From Dictyostelium discoideum (Eukaryota), in assembly GCA_000004695.1 (NCBI GenBank), contig CM000153.2:4800001-4864000 (forward strand): DNA of 64,000 bases. The letters are read 5' to 3'. Within the stretch, counting starts at the first letter, position 1, and every line of letters starts with the position of its first letter. Position numbers and translations under genes: made by a program. The notes under the pieces were generated by a model. The model was given only the letters and a program-made list of their open reading frames with translations. It made no database searches and had not been told where the DNA came from. Shown piece after piece: positions 52,535 to 64,000 of this stretch.

Positions 52535-52748
52535 TAATACTGACATTTAAATTTAAATTATAATAGCTTCAATTTCAAAGATTAGCTCAGTTAATATTAA
52601 TTGTTTAAATAATACAATTTCAAATGGTGTTTCTAGCCAATCATTAACATCTTATGGTGGTAGTGAATCAACAAGTTTGGTTAATGCAGATATTATGGCT
52701 AATTTATTAGGTATTCTTGGTATTAGAATTAAAGCTGAAGTTCTCTAA
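52457..52748 (+). CDS. HssA/2C/7E-family small protein, plus-strand member; exons 52457..52469 and 52567..52748
   Basis: ATGACACTTATTT followed by GTACGT; 97-nt intron with a long poly-T; acceptor TAATAG. Protein MTLI-S-SISKISSVNINCLNNTISNGVSSQSLTSYGGSESTSLVNADIMANLLGILGIRIKAEVL*. Its C-terminus is nearly identical to array copy A. Confidence 0.6.
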
Positions 52749-52996
52749 ATTTGCACTGTATATTGTTTATACCACATTTATTTAAAAAATAATAATAATA
52801 ATCTTTGTAAAACTATATTTCACAATTAATAAAATAATTTAATTTTATGATTCACCAAATTTATTTTTTTTTTTTTTTTTTTTTTCAGATATTTTTCTTT
52901 ATTGGATTTTTTTTGATTAAAAAAAAATGGGTTAAAATTTGATTTTTTTTTTTTTTTTTAATTTTTTTTTTTTTTTTTTTTTTTTTTATATATTAA

Positions 52997-53404
52997 ATGA
53001 ATCCAAAAGAAAGAATTTCAATCATTTCAAATCATTTAACAATGTCAGATACATCATCAAATTTAAAAACACATTCAACAATATCAACACATGTTTTAGA
53101 TACAACCACTGGATTACCAGCAATGGATATGAAAGTTATATTAGAAAAAGATAATGGTAATGGTCAATATATAACAATAAAAAGTGTTTTAACCAATTCT
53201 GATGGTAGATCAAGAGAATTTCCAGAATTAGAAAATGGAATTTATAAAATTACTTTCTTTACAGAAGAATACTTTAAAAATCAAAATGTTTCAAATTATT
53301 TCTTTCCAAAAGCAAGTGTTGATTTTATAATTAATCAAGCAAAACATTATCATGTGCCTTTATTATTATCACCATATAGCTTTTCAACTTATAGAGGTAG
53401 TTAA
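52997..53404 (+). CDS. 5-hydroxyisourate hydrolase (transthyretin-like protein) with N-terminal PTS2
   Basis: Single exon. It has ...HVLDTTTGLPAMDMKVILEK... and the C-terminal YRGS* tetrapeptide that defines HIUases. The N-terminal extension MNPKERISIISNHLT fits the PTS2 consensus R-[LIVQ]-x-x-[LIVH]-[LSGA]-x-[HQ]-[LA]. Confidence 0.8.
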   Translation: MNPKERISIISNHLTMSDTSSNLKTHSTISTHVLDTTTGLPAMDMKVILEKDNGNGQYITIKSVLTNSDGRSREFPELENGIYKITFFTEEYFKNQNVSNYFFPKASVDFIINQAKHYHVPLLLSPYSFSTYRGS

Positions 53405-53621
53405 ATAAATAAATAAATAAAAAAAAATTAAAAAAATTAAAAAAAAAAAAGAAGTTGAACTTTATAATTAAAAACTGAATATATATTTTATTTTATTTTA
53501 TTTTATTATAATTTATAATTTTTAAATAATTTATAAAATATATTATTATTTATGAAAATTATTTATTTACTTTATTATTTTTTATTATTTATATTATTTA
53601 TATTATTTATTTTTTCATTAT

Positions 53622-54902
53622 TTATAAATGAACTAAATATGGTGGTTTATAAACTTTTTTCTTTGAAAATACATTTTGAAGTGGTAGACCATTTTTAAAA
53701 GGTAAAATAGAACTATTAATATTACTACCATAGATTGAATTTGATGATTCAGCTTTGACAGCATCAAAACACATTAAACAAATTCTAACCTTATTGTTCA
53801 CACCAAAACCATATAAACAAACCTTTTGATTTGAACAAGCTTCACAAAACACACCACCACAAGCTCTACAATGATGAGTTCTCCTTATGATTGTAAATGT
53901 ATTATCACAAAGATTACAATTTGTAATTGATGATTCATCTTTCCATTTTGGTAACCATAATACTTTCCATTCTTTTGGTGGATTTAATTTAAATCTATCA
54001 TTATCTTCGTCGTCTTCATCATCATAAAATTCATCATCATAATTTTGTTGTTGTTGTTCATCTAAATTCTCTTCTTGTTCATTTAAATAATTACTACTAC
54101 TATGATTACTATTGCTATTACTACTACCACTACCACTACCACTACCACTACTACTATAACTATTTCTAATATTACCAAAACTATTACTTGTATGAAATGG
54201 TAAAGAATGAATATTATTACTAATTGTTGTGAAATTATTATCATCAAAACGTTGCCATAAATGAACTGGTATTTTTAATTTAAAATTTGAGATTGAAGGA
54301 ATAGAAATGATGAAAAAATGTTTAACAGTTGATAAAAAACCTCTAGTAGTTGGAAAAACTTGGTCATCTTCAATTTTAAATGGTATTAATATTTGTAAAT
54401 TAGTTGAACATAATATCTCTTGTGATGATGATGATGATGTTGTTGTTTGATTTTTAAATAATTCTCTACAATCATAATTATGTAATAGTATTTGAGTTTG
54501 TGATACTTTAGTTTTATCAATATTATGATCACTACTATTATTTCTATAATGATATCTATGACTACCACTACTCTTTTTATTTGATTTTTGAATATTTGAA
54601 ATACGATCATTACCAATACCGCCACCATTATTATTTTTATTACTACTACCACCACTACTACTACTATTACTATTTGATAATGTTTTTATAAATGAAATTT
54701 GTTGAAATAATTCAACACGAATTGAATTAATCTTTAAATTTAATGGATTCTTTAATTGTATGAAAAATGTTGCTTTTGATCCAATATAACAATTATTCTC
54801 TCTTAAACAAATTGCCATTTCAATTGGATTTGATTTATAATTATTACTAATACCAATATTATTATTATTATTAATATTATTATTAGTTATTGTAGAGGGT
54901 TG

Positions 54903-54997
<95 letters not shown>

Positions 54998-56076
54998 TAT
55001 TACTATTTGTATTAGTACCAAATGATAACCAATTTAAATAATGAGCAAGTTTATGAGAAGTGAAATGAGTTTTATTATATAATAGATAATCTTGATATTG
55101 TTTATTAATACCTGATATCCATAATTCAGAACTTTTCATAACTTTTTGATCTTTCCATTCTCTACCTTTTGAATAATCAACTTTACAATGCACTAAATAA
55201 AATATTGATAAATAACCAATATAATTCAATGATGGTGCTAAATATTTTGGTAATTGAAATGAAAATGGGTATTCATAAACACCACTTTCAAATTCATGTA
55301 TTGGTGTTGTTAATTGTTGTGAAAATGATGATGATAATGATGATACTGATGACATCATTCCTGTTGTTGTCGTTGTTGTTGTTGATGATTTTGAATTTAA
55401 ATTTGACGATAATAAAGTTGGTGATAAAGTTGAATTTTGTGTAGAAGTTGTTGTTGGTAATAATATTGGACTATTATTCTCTGAATTTGAAATTGGTAAT
55501 GAATTTAATGATGTAGTCTCAATATTTACATTCAATGGAGGTATATTTAAATTACCACTATAAAATTTAAATGTTTGATAGGTATTATTTGAATGTTGTG
55601 CATGTTGAAATATCTTTTCATATCCACATAATTGTAATTTCACCCTCTTTATACATTGTCTCTCTGTTAATAATATATTCACCTTACCACTTATTGTTTC
55701 TCCATTTGTAAAATATGATTTATCTAAATTAATCTTTAAATTACATCTATATATATATATATATAAAATATAAAGTAGAGTAATTAGTATTATAATAATA
55801 AATAATAAATAATAATAATAGTTTTTATATATATTTATATTACATTTGACCTTTTTCTGAAAGCTCCAATGGATATTTTGAAGAAGATGAAGGTGGTGGG
55901 GGTGGAATACTTGTTGAATTTAATGTTGGTGATAATTTCTTTTGTGGTGAAATAGAGTTAAATAATGAAGACGGCTGATTACTCTCATTTTGATTACTAT
56001 TAATTAAAACATGTTGTTGTGATATTTGTATTGGTAGTGAATTATTATTATGATGATTATTTAACAAAGTCGTCAT
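53622..56076 (-). CDS. Arrestin-domain protein with C-terminal FYVE zinc finger (AdcA-like); exons 55844..56076 and 53622..55746
   Basis: ATG at 56076 (MTTLLNNHHNNN...PPPPPSSSSKYPLELSEKGQ). Donor GTAATA is phase 2; 97-nt intron; acceptor ATATAG gives at+a=Ile. Exon 2 starts CNLKINLDKSYFTNGETISGKVNILLTERQCIKRVKLQLCGYEKIF (arrestin-N-like beta strands). It ends with the FYVE signature WKVLWLPKWKDESSITNCNLCDNTFTIIRRTHHCRACGGVFCEACS...RICLMCF. There are long poly-N and poly-S tracts. Confidence 0.65.
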
Positions 56077-56851
56077 TTTCTTTATATGCTTTTTCTTTAT
56101 ATGTTTTTTCTTTTTCTTTTTTTTTTTATTTTTTTTTTCCTCTCTCTACTAAGTAAAAAGTTTTTATATAAATAAATTTCTTTGGAAAAGTTTTTTTGTT
56201 TTTTTGTTTTTTTTTTTTTTTTTTAATTTTTTTTTTTTAATTTTTTTTGCCGAGAAAAACAAATAAATTCAAATAAATTTTGGTGTGTGTTTGTGTGTTA
56301 GTGTGTGATATAAAAGTATTAAATATTTTATTTTATAATTTTTTTTTTTTTTTTTTATAATTTTTTTTTTTGTTTTGTTTTGTTTTTGTTTTTCTATGCA
56401 GTTCCATAAGAACATTCAATCGAATTATATTTTTTTGTGAAATTAAAAAATTAAAAATATCTGAATTGTTTTTTTTTTTATTTTTTTTTTATTTTTTTTT
56501 TCATTTTTTTTATTTTCATTTTTTTTTATTGAATTCAAAAATAATGAATTATAATTTATTAATAAATAAATGAATTAAAAAATAGAAAAAAATAAAAAAA
56601 ATAAAAAAAACTTTATTTGTGATAATTAAAAACCAATTTAGATTAATTTACATAATTTTTATTTAATTTTTTAAAAAAAAAATTTATTTGCATGGTTTGG
56701 TTGAGATTGTTTATTGTTTTTTTTTTTTTTTTATTTTAACTATTTAAAAAAATAAAAAAGGATTGTTTTTAAAAAAAAAAAAGTGAAAAAAATGTTTAAA
56801 TAATAAATAATAAATAATAAATAATAAATAATAAATAATAATAAATGATAA

Positions 56852-57664
56852 TTATGGACTATTTCTTTTTGAAGATAATCTGGTATTTATAATCCAAATT
56901 AATAATTGTTGATAATTATCACAACTTATTAAATAACGTCTTTTTGGAGTTGAAATGATAAAACAAAAAGTACGACCTTCCAATTCTTGAATACTATCAA
57001 TTTGACCACAATCATGTAAACTAATTGAACCACAAGGCGTTTTATCTTGTTCATTTTTAAAATATTCCAAACGGTCATCACCTATAAATTTCATAAATCT
57101 TCTCTTCCAATTCTTTACAATTATACCTTTTTTATATACATATCCTTCTCTCTTTGAAAAATTTAATCTTTTCGCTCCAGGTACATCCTCTGGTACAAAT
57201 GCTTTATCTTCATATTTACATCTAATCCATGCCTCTTTTAATCCATTTGAATCAGCATATGTTGGTCTAATGAAATCAGATGGTACCAATGATTCCCAAT
57301 ATTCTTTAGCTTTAAGATTGGTGGTTTCTTTAAATGCTTCAATTTCACTCTTTAACCAATTATCAAGTTCACAACTTTTAACACGTGATATATGAGTACC
57401 TAATTATTATTATTAATTACTATTATTAATATATTATTTTTATTTATTATTTTATTATTTTATTATTTTTTACATACCTAATCGTCTATGTAAACCTGCA
57501 CAACTTAAACATATAAATATTCCTAAATTAACAGATGCCCATTGTGGTTCAATCATACCACATTCACCACAAAATTGATTCTCTGGTAATTTTAATAATC
57601 CTCTTATTATCTCTTTATTAACTGTATCTATATTAATATCATTAATTGATGATGTCATTGGCAT
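56852..57664 (-). CDS. ArfGAP domain plus PH domain protein (centaurin/ADAP-like); exons 57478..57664 and 56852..57399
   Basis: ATG at 57664 (MPMTSSINDINIDTVNKEIIRGLLKLPENQFCGECGMIEPQWASVNLGIFICLSCAGLHRRLG). This is an ArfGAP C4 zinc finger. Donor GTATGT, 78-nt intron, acceptor AATTAG give g+gt=Gly. The protein continues THISRVKSCELDNWLKSEIEAF... and then a PH domain GYVYKKGIIVKNWKRRFMKFIGDDRLEYFKN...GSISL...FCFIISTPKRRYLISCDNYQQLLIWI. Confidence 0.7.
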
Positions 57665-58447
57665 TTTTATTTATTTATTTATTTTATTTATTTATTTTTA
57701 TTTATTTACAAGGGACTAATAGTTAAATTAATTTTTTTTTTTAAAAAAAAAAAAAAAAATTCTCTTTATCTTTTTTTTTTTTTTTTTTAATTTTTTTTTT
57801 TTTTTTTTTATTATTTATAATAAAAAGAGATTGGGTTGGGTAGTACTTTTTTTTTTTTTAAAAAAAAAATGTGTGTCTATTTTTTTTGAAAACTTATAAT
57901 AATTGAAAATAAAAAATAAAATATAAAAAAAAAATGAAATTGTAAAAAAAAAATTATAGATATCGGTGTTAAAAAAAATAAAAAAAAAAAAAATAAAAAA
58001 AAATAAAATAAAAATAATTTAGATTTTTTTTTTTAAATTTTATAAAATTGTTTGGGACCCATTTTAATTTAAAAATCCCAAAAAAAGAACACCCCATCCC
58101 ATTTTAAAAAAAAAAGATTTTTATTCCAAAAAAAAAAAAAAATAAAAAAATAAAAAAAAAATAAAATTAAAAATAAAAAAGATATCTTATTTGTAAAAAC
58201 GATCTTTTTTTTAACAAAAACTGGAATTAACACACCAACTGAAAATTAAAAATTCATTGTGATTTGTCATTTACATTTTTTATTTTTTTTTTTTTAAAAG
58301 TTACCACAACAATTATTCAAAATAAAATCTATAATAATCCGTTTTTGTCAACCCAATTAAATCAATCAAATCAAATCAAATCAAACTAAATCAAAAAAAA
58401 ATAAAAAATAAAAAATAAAAAAAGTTGATTTATTTTTTTATTTTATT

Positions 58448-58561
58448 TTATTTTTTTTTTAAAAATGACAATTCTAAAACTAAAGTTTTTAAATTAAATT
58501 CTTCAACTGATAAAACTACATTATGACCAACTGAGAATGGAATATCTTTTGAATGATCATA

Positions 58562-58651
<90 letters not shown>

Positions 58652-61600
58652 TTTAAAAGGTTTCTTTGAATTTGAGAATTTACTAAAAGAAGCTAATGAA
58701 GAATATTTATATTTTAATAATTCAACAGTAAAAGTTTTAGCACCATAGTCAATTGATTGTACAAGACCAACTAAAATTGGTTTAAATTTTGGATTACTTG
58801 AATTTTTAATTCTTTGACTTGAAATATCTTTATTAATTGATTGAAGTACGAAATAATCAACTAATTTCGATTCAAATGCTTGTTTTAAATCTAAAGTTTT
58901 AATAACTTCATTACCAATCGATGAAATATTATTCCAATTGAAAATTGGGTAAATATCATTTTGATTTTGATATTTTTTAATTAAAATTGAAGTTAATTGA
59001 ATTTGGTTAAATAAATGTGGGAAATTTCTAAGTGGTGAAGTTGCAGCTATAAATGTATTTGTGTTTGAAATACGTTGATAAGTCATTTGGCCAAACCTTT
59101 TATAAAATCCATGAATGCCATTCTTTTTGAAGAAATCTGTTAAAACATCATCGGTTGATGATAAGAATTCGTCGACTATTTCATTACCGATTGAGTGAAA
59201 TGATTTACTGACTTTGAAATCGACGTTACCATGATTAAAAGTGACAGAGTTGTCATTATCGAAAACGACAGTCTTTTTATCATTATCGTTGATGTAAAAA
59301 CCCTGTCTTTTAACTACCAATGAATTCTTGTCATTTGGAATTCTACTGAAATTTTCTAAATTTTTATTATTCTCAATACGGAATTGTTTTCTACGATTTA
59401 ATAAATCATATGCATCATATAATAATTTTTGACCAACACTAAATGATTCAATTACAGTATCGCCATCGGACTTAATTGAATTTAATGAATCCTCAATATA
59501 CCTTGTAGCTTGACCCTTTGTTAATGATACAACATTTGTTAAATAGGTTGGATAAATCTTATAAGAATCAATTTTACCACTACCTTTCAAAAAATTCATT
59601 TCAACAGTAATTGCTGAAATTGGTCTTTCTTTTGATGCACTTGATAATGAAATTGATAAAATTAATTCTGGTGGGAATAAATGATATGTACCTTGTGGGA
59701 AATAAGTTGATTTTAAATTCATAAAACTTGTTTTATATAAAATATTATTTAAAACTGATTCCTGTTCTTCTTTTTGTACTTCTTCTTGTTGTCGTTGTTG
59801 TTGTTGTTGTTCTTGTTGTTGTTCTTGTGGTATCCAACGAGAAACATCAGCAATATGAACATATAATTTATCAAATGTATCACTACTATTAAAATCAATG
59901 CTAAATGCATCATCGACAGCGATGGTTGTTTTATTATCAAGTGCAACCACTGGTAAATTTTCATTAAATATAACTCTATTTTCACTTAATTGATCTTTAA
60001 TTTCATTTGGTTGATTTATAATTTTTTCAATATATTCAAATAATTCGGTACTCCATAACCCAAAATTTGATTTGAATATTCTATCATTTCCATCATATAA
60101 ACAGTCACTATCTTTATCAAGGAAACCAATTGATTTTAATAATTTATTTGCACCTTTTGGAGACACTTCAAATTTTAATTCTGTTAAAATCTTTCTAAAT
60201 GCTTGATCATCTGAAAATGAATTAAATGGTGATAATGCTGCAACCTTTAATAAATTTAAATAATAAACATCACCAATACTTAATTGATTCTCTTTTGAAA
60301 TTATTGATTTATTATTAATTCTATTTTTTTTTAAAATTTTAATTTCTTTTTTTAAAATATCATTTTTTTTTTCTTGATCTTCTTCTTCTTCTTCAGATTC
60401 AGCTTCATTTTCTTCATCCTCTTCAGAATATTCATCTATACTTTCCTTTTCTTCTTCTTCTTCTTCCACTTCTTCTACTTCTTCTTCATCTTTAATAAAT
60501 TCATTATAATTATCAGTTTTATTTAAACTATTTTCTGTATAAATATTTAAAAATTCTTTAAGGAAATCTTCTTCCTCTTCTTCTTCCTCTTCTTCAACTT
60601 GTTCTAAATCATCTTCTAAATCATTAAATTCATCAAGTTGTTTTGAAATATTATTTTGTTTTTCAATTAAATAATTATTGATTTTCTTTATAAAACTATC
60701 TAAAAACTCATTTGTAGTAATAAATTGGAAACCATTTTTAGCTTCTTTTGATTTAATAACATTTGTATTTGTTGAAAGATATTTAAAAGCGAAATAAATT
60801 TGTTTTTTAGTTGGTATTGATGTATTGAAAATTAATTTTGAAACTGTGTTTGAAGTAAATTCTAATTCATTTTTAAATTTTGTATTTAATGAACTTGCTG
60901 ATAAATAACTATTAAATTCATAACTTTCCTTTCTATATTGTTTTTCCAATTCAATTAATTCTGAAATTTTAATTTCACCATATCTTTTTGTGCCCCATAA
61001 ATCAACAATATCAAATTTATTAACATAAATTATATCTGTTGAATAATCGTTATCTTGATCATTATTTTCATTATTATTATTATTGTCAAATGTTTTTAAT
61101 CTTTCAACTTTAAATACTCTCTTATCAGATGACACATCTAATACAATACCAATATAAAATTTATCACCAAATGAGAACTCAATTACTGAATTAATCAAAT
61201 TATAACTACCATCATTATAATAATCATTTAATGGTTTTTTAATTTCATTTACAATTTCTTTACCAAATAATAATCCCATATGTTTTAAACTTTCATTGTT
61301 TTTTTCCAAAATATTAAATTGTTTATTTTTATTGAAAATATCGGAACTGTTTAGTTGTTGTTCTTTTTCTTGTTGAAGTTTTTGACCATTAAATTCTTTT
61401 TCAAGTTGAGTTTGTTCAAATGAATTTTCATTTAAAATTTGTAATTTTTTTTTCATATTACTAGTAACTGAATTTGGATAGAGTAATCTAATTCCCATTG
61501 GTAATCTTTCAATACTTTTAATTGATTCATTTAATTGGTTTTTCTTTTCTTGATTTTTTTTATTCATTTTCTCTCTTTCCAATTCTAATCTTTTCACTTC

Positions 61601-61861
61601 CTTTTTTCTAGCTCTATTTTCTCTTTTTTCAACATCTGTTAATTTCTTTTTATCTTCAATAGATAATGAACTTTTAATTTTTGGTAATGGTAAACTTGAT
61701 ATTCTCTTCACTGTATCATTAATTTGTTGATCATTAAATGTTTCAAAATTTTCATTATTTTTAATATAAAAACGTTTAATTTGTGTTGTTGTTGATATTG
61801 ATGTTGTTACATTATAAATTTTTAAATTATTTTTTATTAAATTTACATTAACTTTTAACAT
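58448..61861 (-). CDS. RNase II/RNB-family 3'-5' exoribonuclease, probably mitochondrial Dss1-like, 1137 aa, single exon
   Basis: ATG at 61861. The N-terminus (MLKVNVNLIKNNLKIYNVTTSISTTTQIKRFYIKNN) is basic and hydroxylated, like a presequence. RNB motifs include ...VVALDNKTTIAVDDAFSIDFN... and ...LYVHIADVSRWIP... An acidic E-rich insert and a C-terminal poly-N tract are present. Confidence 0.6.
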
Positions 61862-62285
61862 TATTTAAAAATAATTTATTAATTAATTAAAAAAAAAAAA
61901 AAAATTAAAAAAAAATTAAAAAATAAAAAACTAAAAAACTAAAAAACTAAAAAAACGAGGAAAAAAAAATAAAAATAAAAAAAAAATAAAAATAAAAATA
62001 AAAATAAAAATAAAAAAAAACGAAAGGTTTTTGGTATTAAAAAAATATATTAATTATTTTAAATCATTTTTTTTTTTTTTTCTAAACACTTTTTTAATTT
62101 TTCAATTATTATATTACTTTTTTAATTTTTTATATAAAAAATATTATTATTATTATCCCGAAACCAAATATACATCCAATCAAAATTAATTTTTATATTT
62201 TTATTTTATTTTGATTTTCCCACTTATTTTTTTTTTTTTTTATTTTTCAACAGAAAATTCTGTTGATTAAAAGGCGAAAAAAAAA

Positions 62286-62323
<38 letters not shown>

Positions 62324-62449
62324 AATTTTTTTTATTTTATTTTTTTATTTTTTTAAACGGTTTAAAATTGGGAAATAGTAAATTAAAAAAAATATTATAT
62401 ATAATATATATCTATTTTTTTTGTTTTTCTATAAATAATTAAAATAAAA

Positions 62450-62818
62450 ATGAAATTCATTTTAATTGGAATTTTTTTGATTTCTTTATTGATTTCATCA
62501 GGAAATGCAGATTCAATTATTACATCAAAAGGTTCTCAAATTGATTTAACTACTTTTACACTTCCAACAACAAACACAAGGTAAATTTTTTTTTTTTTTA
62601 TTTTCACTTTTTATAATTATTTTATTTTATTTTTTTTTAGATATTTCAAATTTTTGTGTTTGCACCACACCAAAAATAAATAATTAACCAATTTTTTTTT
62701 TTTTTAATCAACGAAACACTCAAAAAAAAAAAAAAAAAAAAAAAAAAGTTACTCTTATACTGTCGCATCAACCAAGAATATAGTATGTCTTTATTTTTAT
62801 TACTTTAACAAAATTTAG

Positions 62819-62862
<44 letters not shown>

Positions 62863-63567
62863 AAAACTAACTTCAGTTAAATAATAATAGTATTATTTTA
62901 ATGTTATGGATTTTGCAGTTCCATGTAATACTAAAACAGCAGATAAAAACTCATCAATTTGTCAATATATTCCAGGTGCAAATCCACCAACTTCTGAAAA
63001 ATATTATTCATTTGGATCATTTACCAATTCATCAGCATCAGCACTTTCAAGTGGTTATGGCGCACAAATTTCATACAGTTCTTTCACTAATTGCGGTAAA
63101 AATGGTTATAGAACAACCTATATGAACCTTTTTTGCGCAAAACCTGATACTCAATTAGAAGTTACCAGTATTGTTGAACCACAATCTGAGGGTGGTGTTT
63201 CATGTCAACTCACTATTAATATCAATATTCCATGTAAATCAACTTTTATTGGTGGCGGTTGGATTTTCGTAATTGTGTATGTATTAATATATATTAAAAA
63301 AAAAAATTATTTAATTATAATAAATTATTAATTTTATAATTAATTTATTTATTTATTTATTTATTTATTAGACTTTTATCAGTTATAGTTCTTTATATTA
63401 TAATTGGTTCAATTATTAATTGGAAAGTTAGACATCAACATGGTGCAGAAATTTTCCCAAATGTTCATTTTTGGAGAAACTTTGGTGGTTTAATAAAAGA
63501 TGGTGTATTTTTTATCAAAGGAAAAATTACCGGTTCAAGTCAAACACCAGGTTACAGTCAAATTTAA
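62450..63567 (+). CDS. Type I membrane protein with mannose-6-phosphate-receptor-homology-like luminal domain and YxxPhi tail (Atg27/MPR-like); exons 62450..62580, 62749..62782, 62891..63276, 63372..63567
   Basis: ATG at 62450 with signal peptide MKFILIGIFLISLLISSGNA. Donor GTAAAT is phase 2. A 34-nt micro-exon ttactcttatactgtcgcatcaaccaagaata lies between acceptor AAAAAAG and donor GTATGT. It is needed to restore the frame into exon 3, since no single acceptor is phase-compatible with exon 1. Exon 3 (YYFNVMDFAVPCNTKTADKNSSICQYIPG...YSFGSF...CGKNGYRTTYMNLFCAKPDTQLEVTSIVEPQSEGGVSCQLTININIPCKS) has an MRH-like Cys and Tyr pattern. Donor GTATGT at 63277. The last exon encodes the TM helix LLSVIVLYIIIGSII and tail ...SSQTPGYSQI*. 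Confidence 0.5.
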
Positions 63568-63742
63568 AAATAAAATTAAATATAAAATAAATTAATTTAT
63601 TATAATAACTTTACCAATTTTTTAAAATTTTTTTTTGTGTGTGTCTGTGTGTGTATGTGTGTAATAAATAAAATAAATAAATAAATTTAAAAAGTTTTTT
63701 TTTTTTTTTAATAAATATATATGTAATTTTTTTTTTTTTATT

Positions 63743-64000
63743 TTATTTTTTTTTATTTTTTGGTTTTAATGGATCACCAAATTGTGAAAAAGTTTCTTTA
63801 TAAATTTGAGATTTTAAAAAGTTTTTATAAGAACCAACTCTAATCATTTCTAAAACAGATTGACCAGCAGATTTAAATGCTTCATGAATATGATCATCAT
63901 TATTTTTAGTTACTGCTTGTTTACATTGAGCTCTGATATCGTATTCAATGTTTACTTCTAATGGTGAACCATCACGAATAAAAGTTTCATAAATGTTATA
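63743..64000 (-). CDS. RGS (regulator of G-protein signaling) domain protein, 3' part only; the gene continues beyond the window end
   Basis: The minus-strand frame reads ...YNIYETFIRDGSPLEVNIEYDIRAQCKQAVTKNNDDHIHEAFKSAGQSVLEMIRVGSYKNFLKSQIYKETFSQFGDPLKPKNKKK*. This is the RGS helix alpha7-9 consensus (SPxEVNI...F..AQ..V...M...SY..FL.S..Y); stop at 63743. Confidence 0.55.
   Translation of the reverse strand, partial: YNIYETFIRDGSPLEVNIEYDIRAQCKQAVTKNNDDHIHEAFKSAGQSVLEMIRVGSYKNFLKSQIYKETFSQFGDPLKPKNKKK

Overview
This window reads as Dictyostelium-type social-amoeba nuclear DNA, not prokaryotic. It is about 78% A+T and has long homopolymer and microsatellite tracts. Coding islands carry poly-Asn/Gln/Ser codon runs and short AT-rich introns (70-170 nt) with GTAAGT/GTATGT/GTAAAT donors and (A/T)nAG acceptors. 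I reconstructed about 25 protein-coding genes by hand, most with 1-5 introns that the ORF track does not resolve. The informative ones are rab21, a LIN-9/DIRP protein, a peroxisomal acyl-CoA oxidase ending in SKL, an ankyrin-sirtuin fusion, an ABCC transporter, a large LRR/EGF/IPT receptor-like membrane protein, a CARMIL-like LRR protein, a PTS2-tagged HIU hydrolase, an arrestin-FYVE protein, an ArfGAP-PH protein and an RNase II-family exoribonuclease. There is also one intron-containing tRNA-Tyr(GUA) with a downstream external B-box. The structure least expected from the ORF track is a ~5 kb tandem array of five hssA/2C/7E-type two-exon mini-genes on ~1 kb repeat units (45.5-50.4 kb) with visibly decaying copies, plus three dispersed family members. 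I also found decayed paralogous fragments of a 1099-aa orphan gene, a colossin-like repeat riddled with stop codons, and an acyl-carrier-protein-like gene lacking the phosphopantetheine serine. No CRISPR arrays, no operons and no bacterial defence system are present. Exon coordinates were derived by hand; boundaries that coincide with ORF-track ends are solid, and internal splice sites may be off by 1-2 nt.
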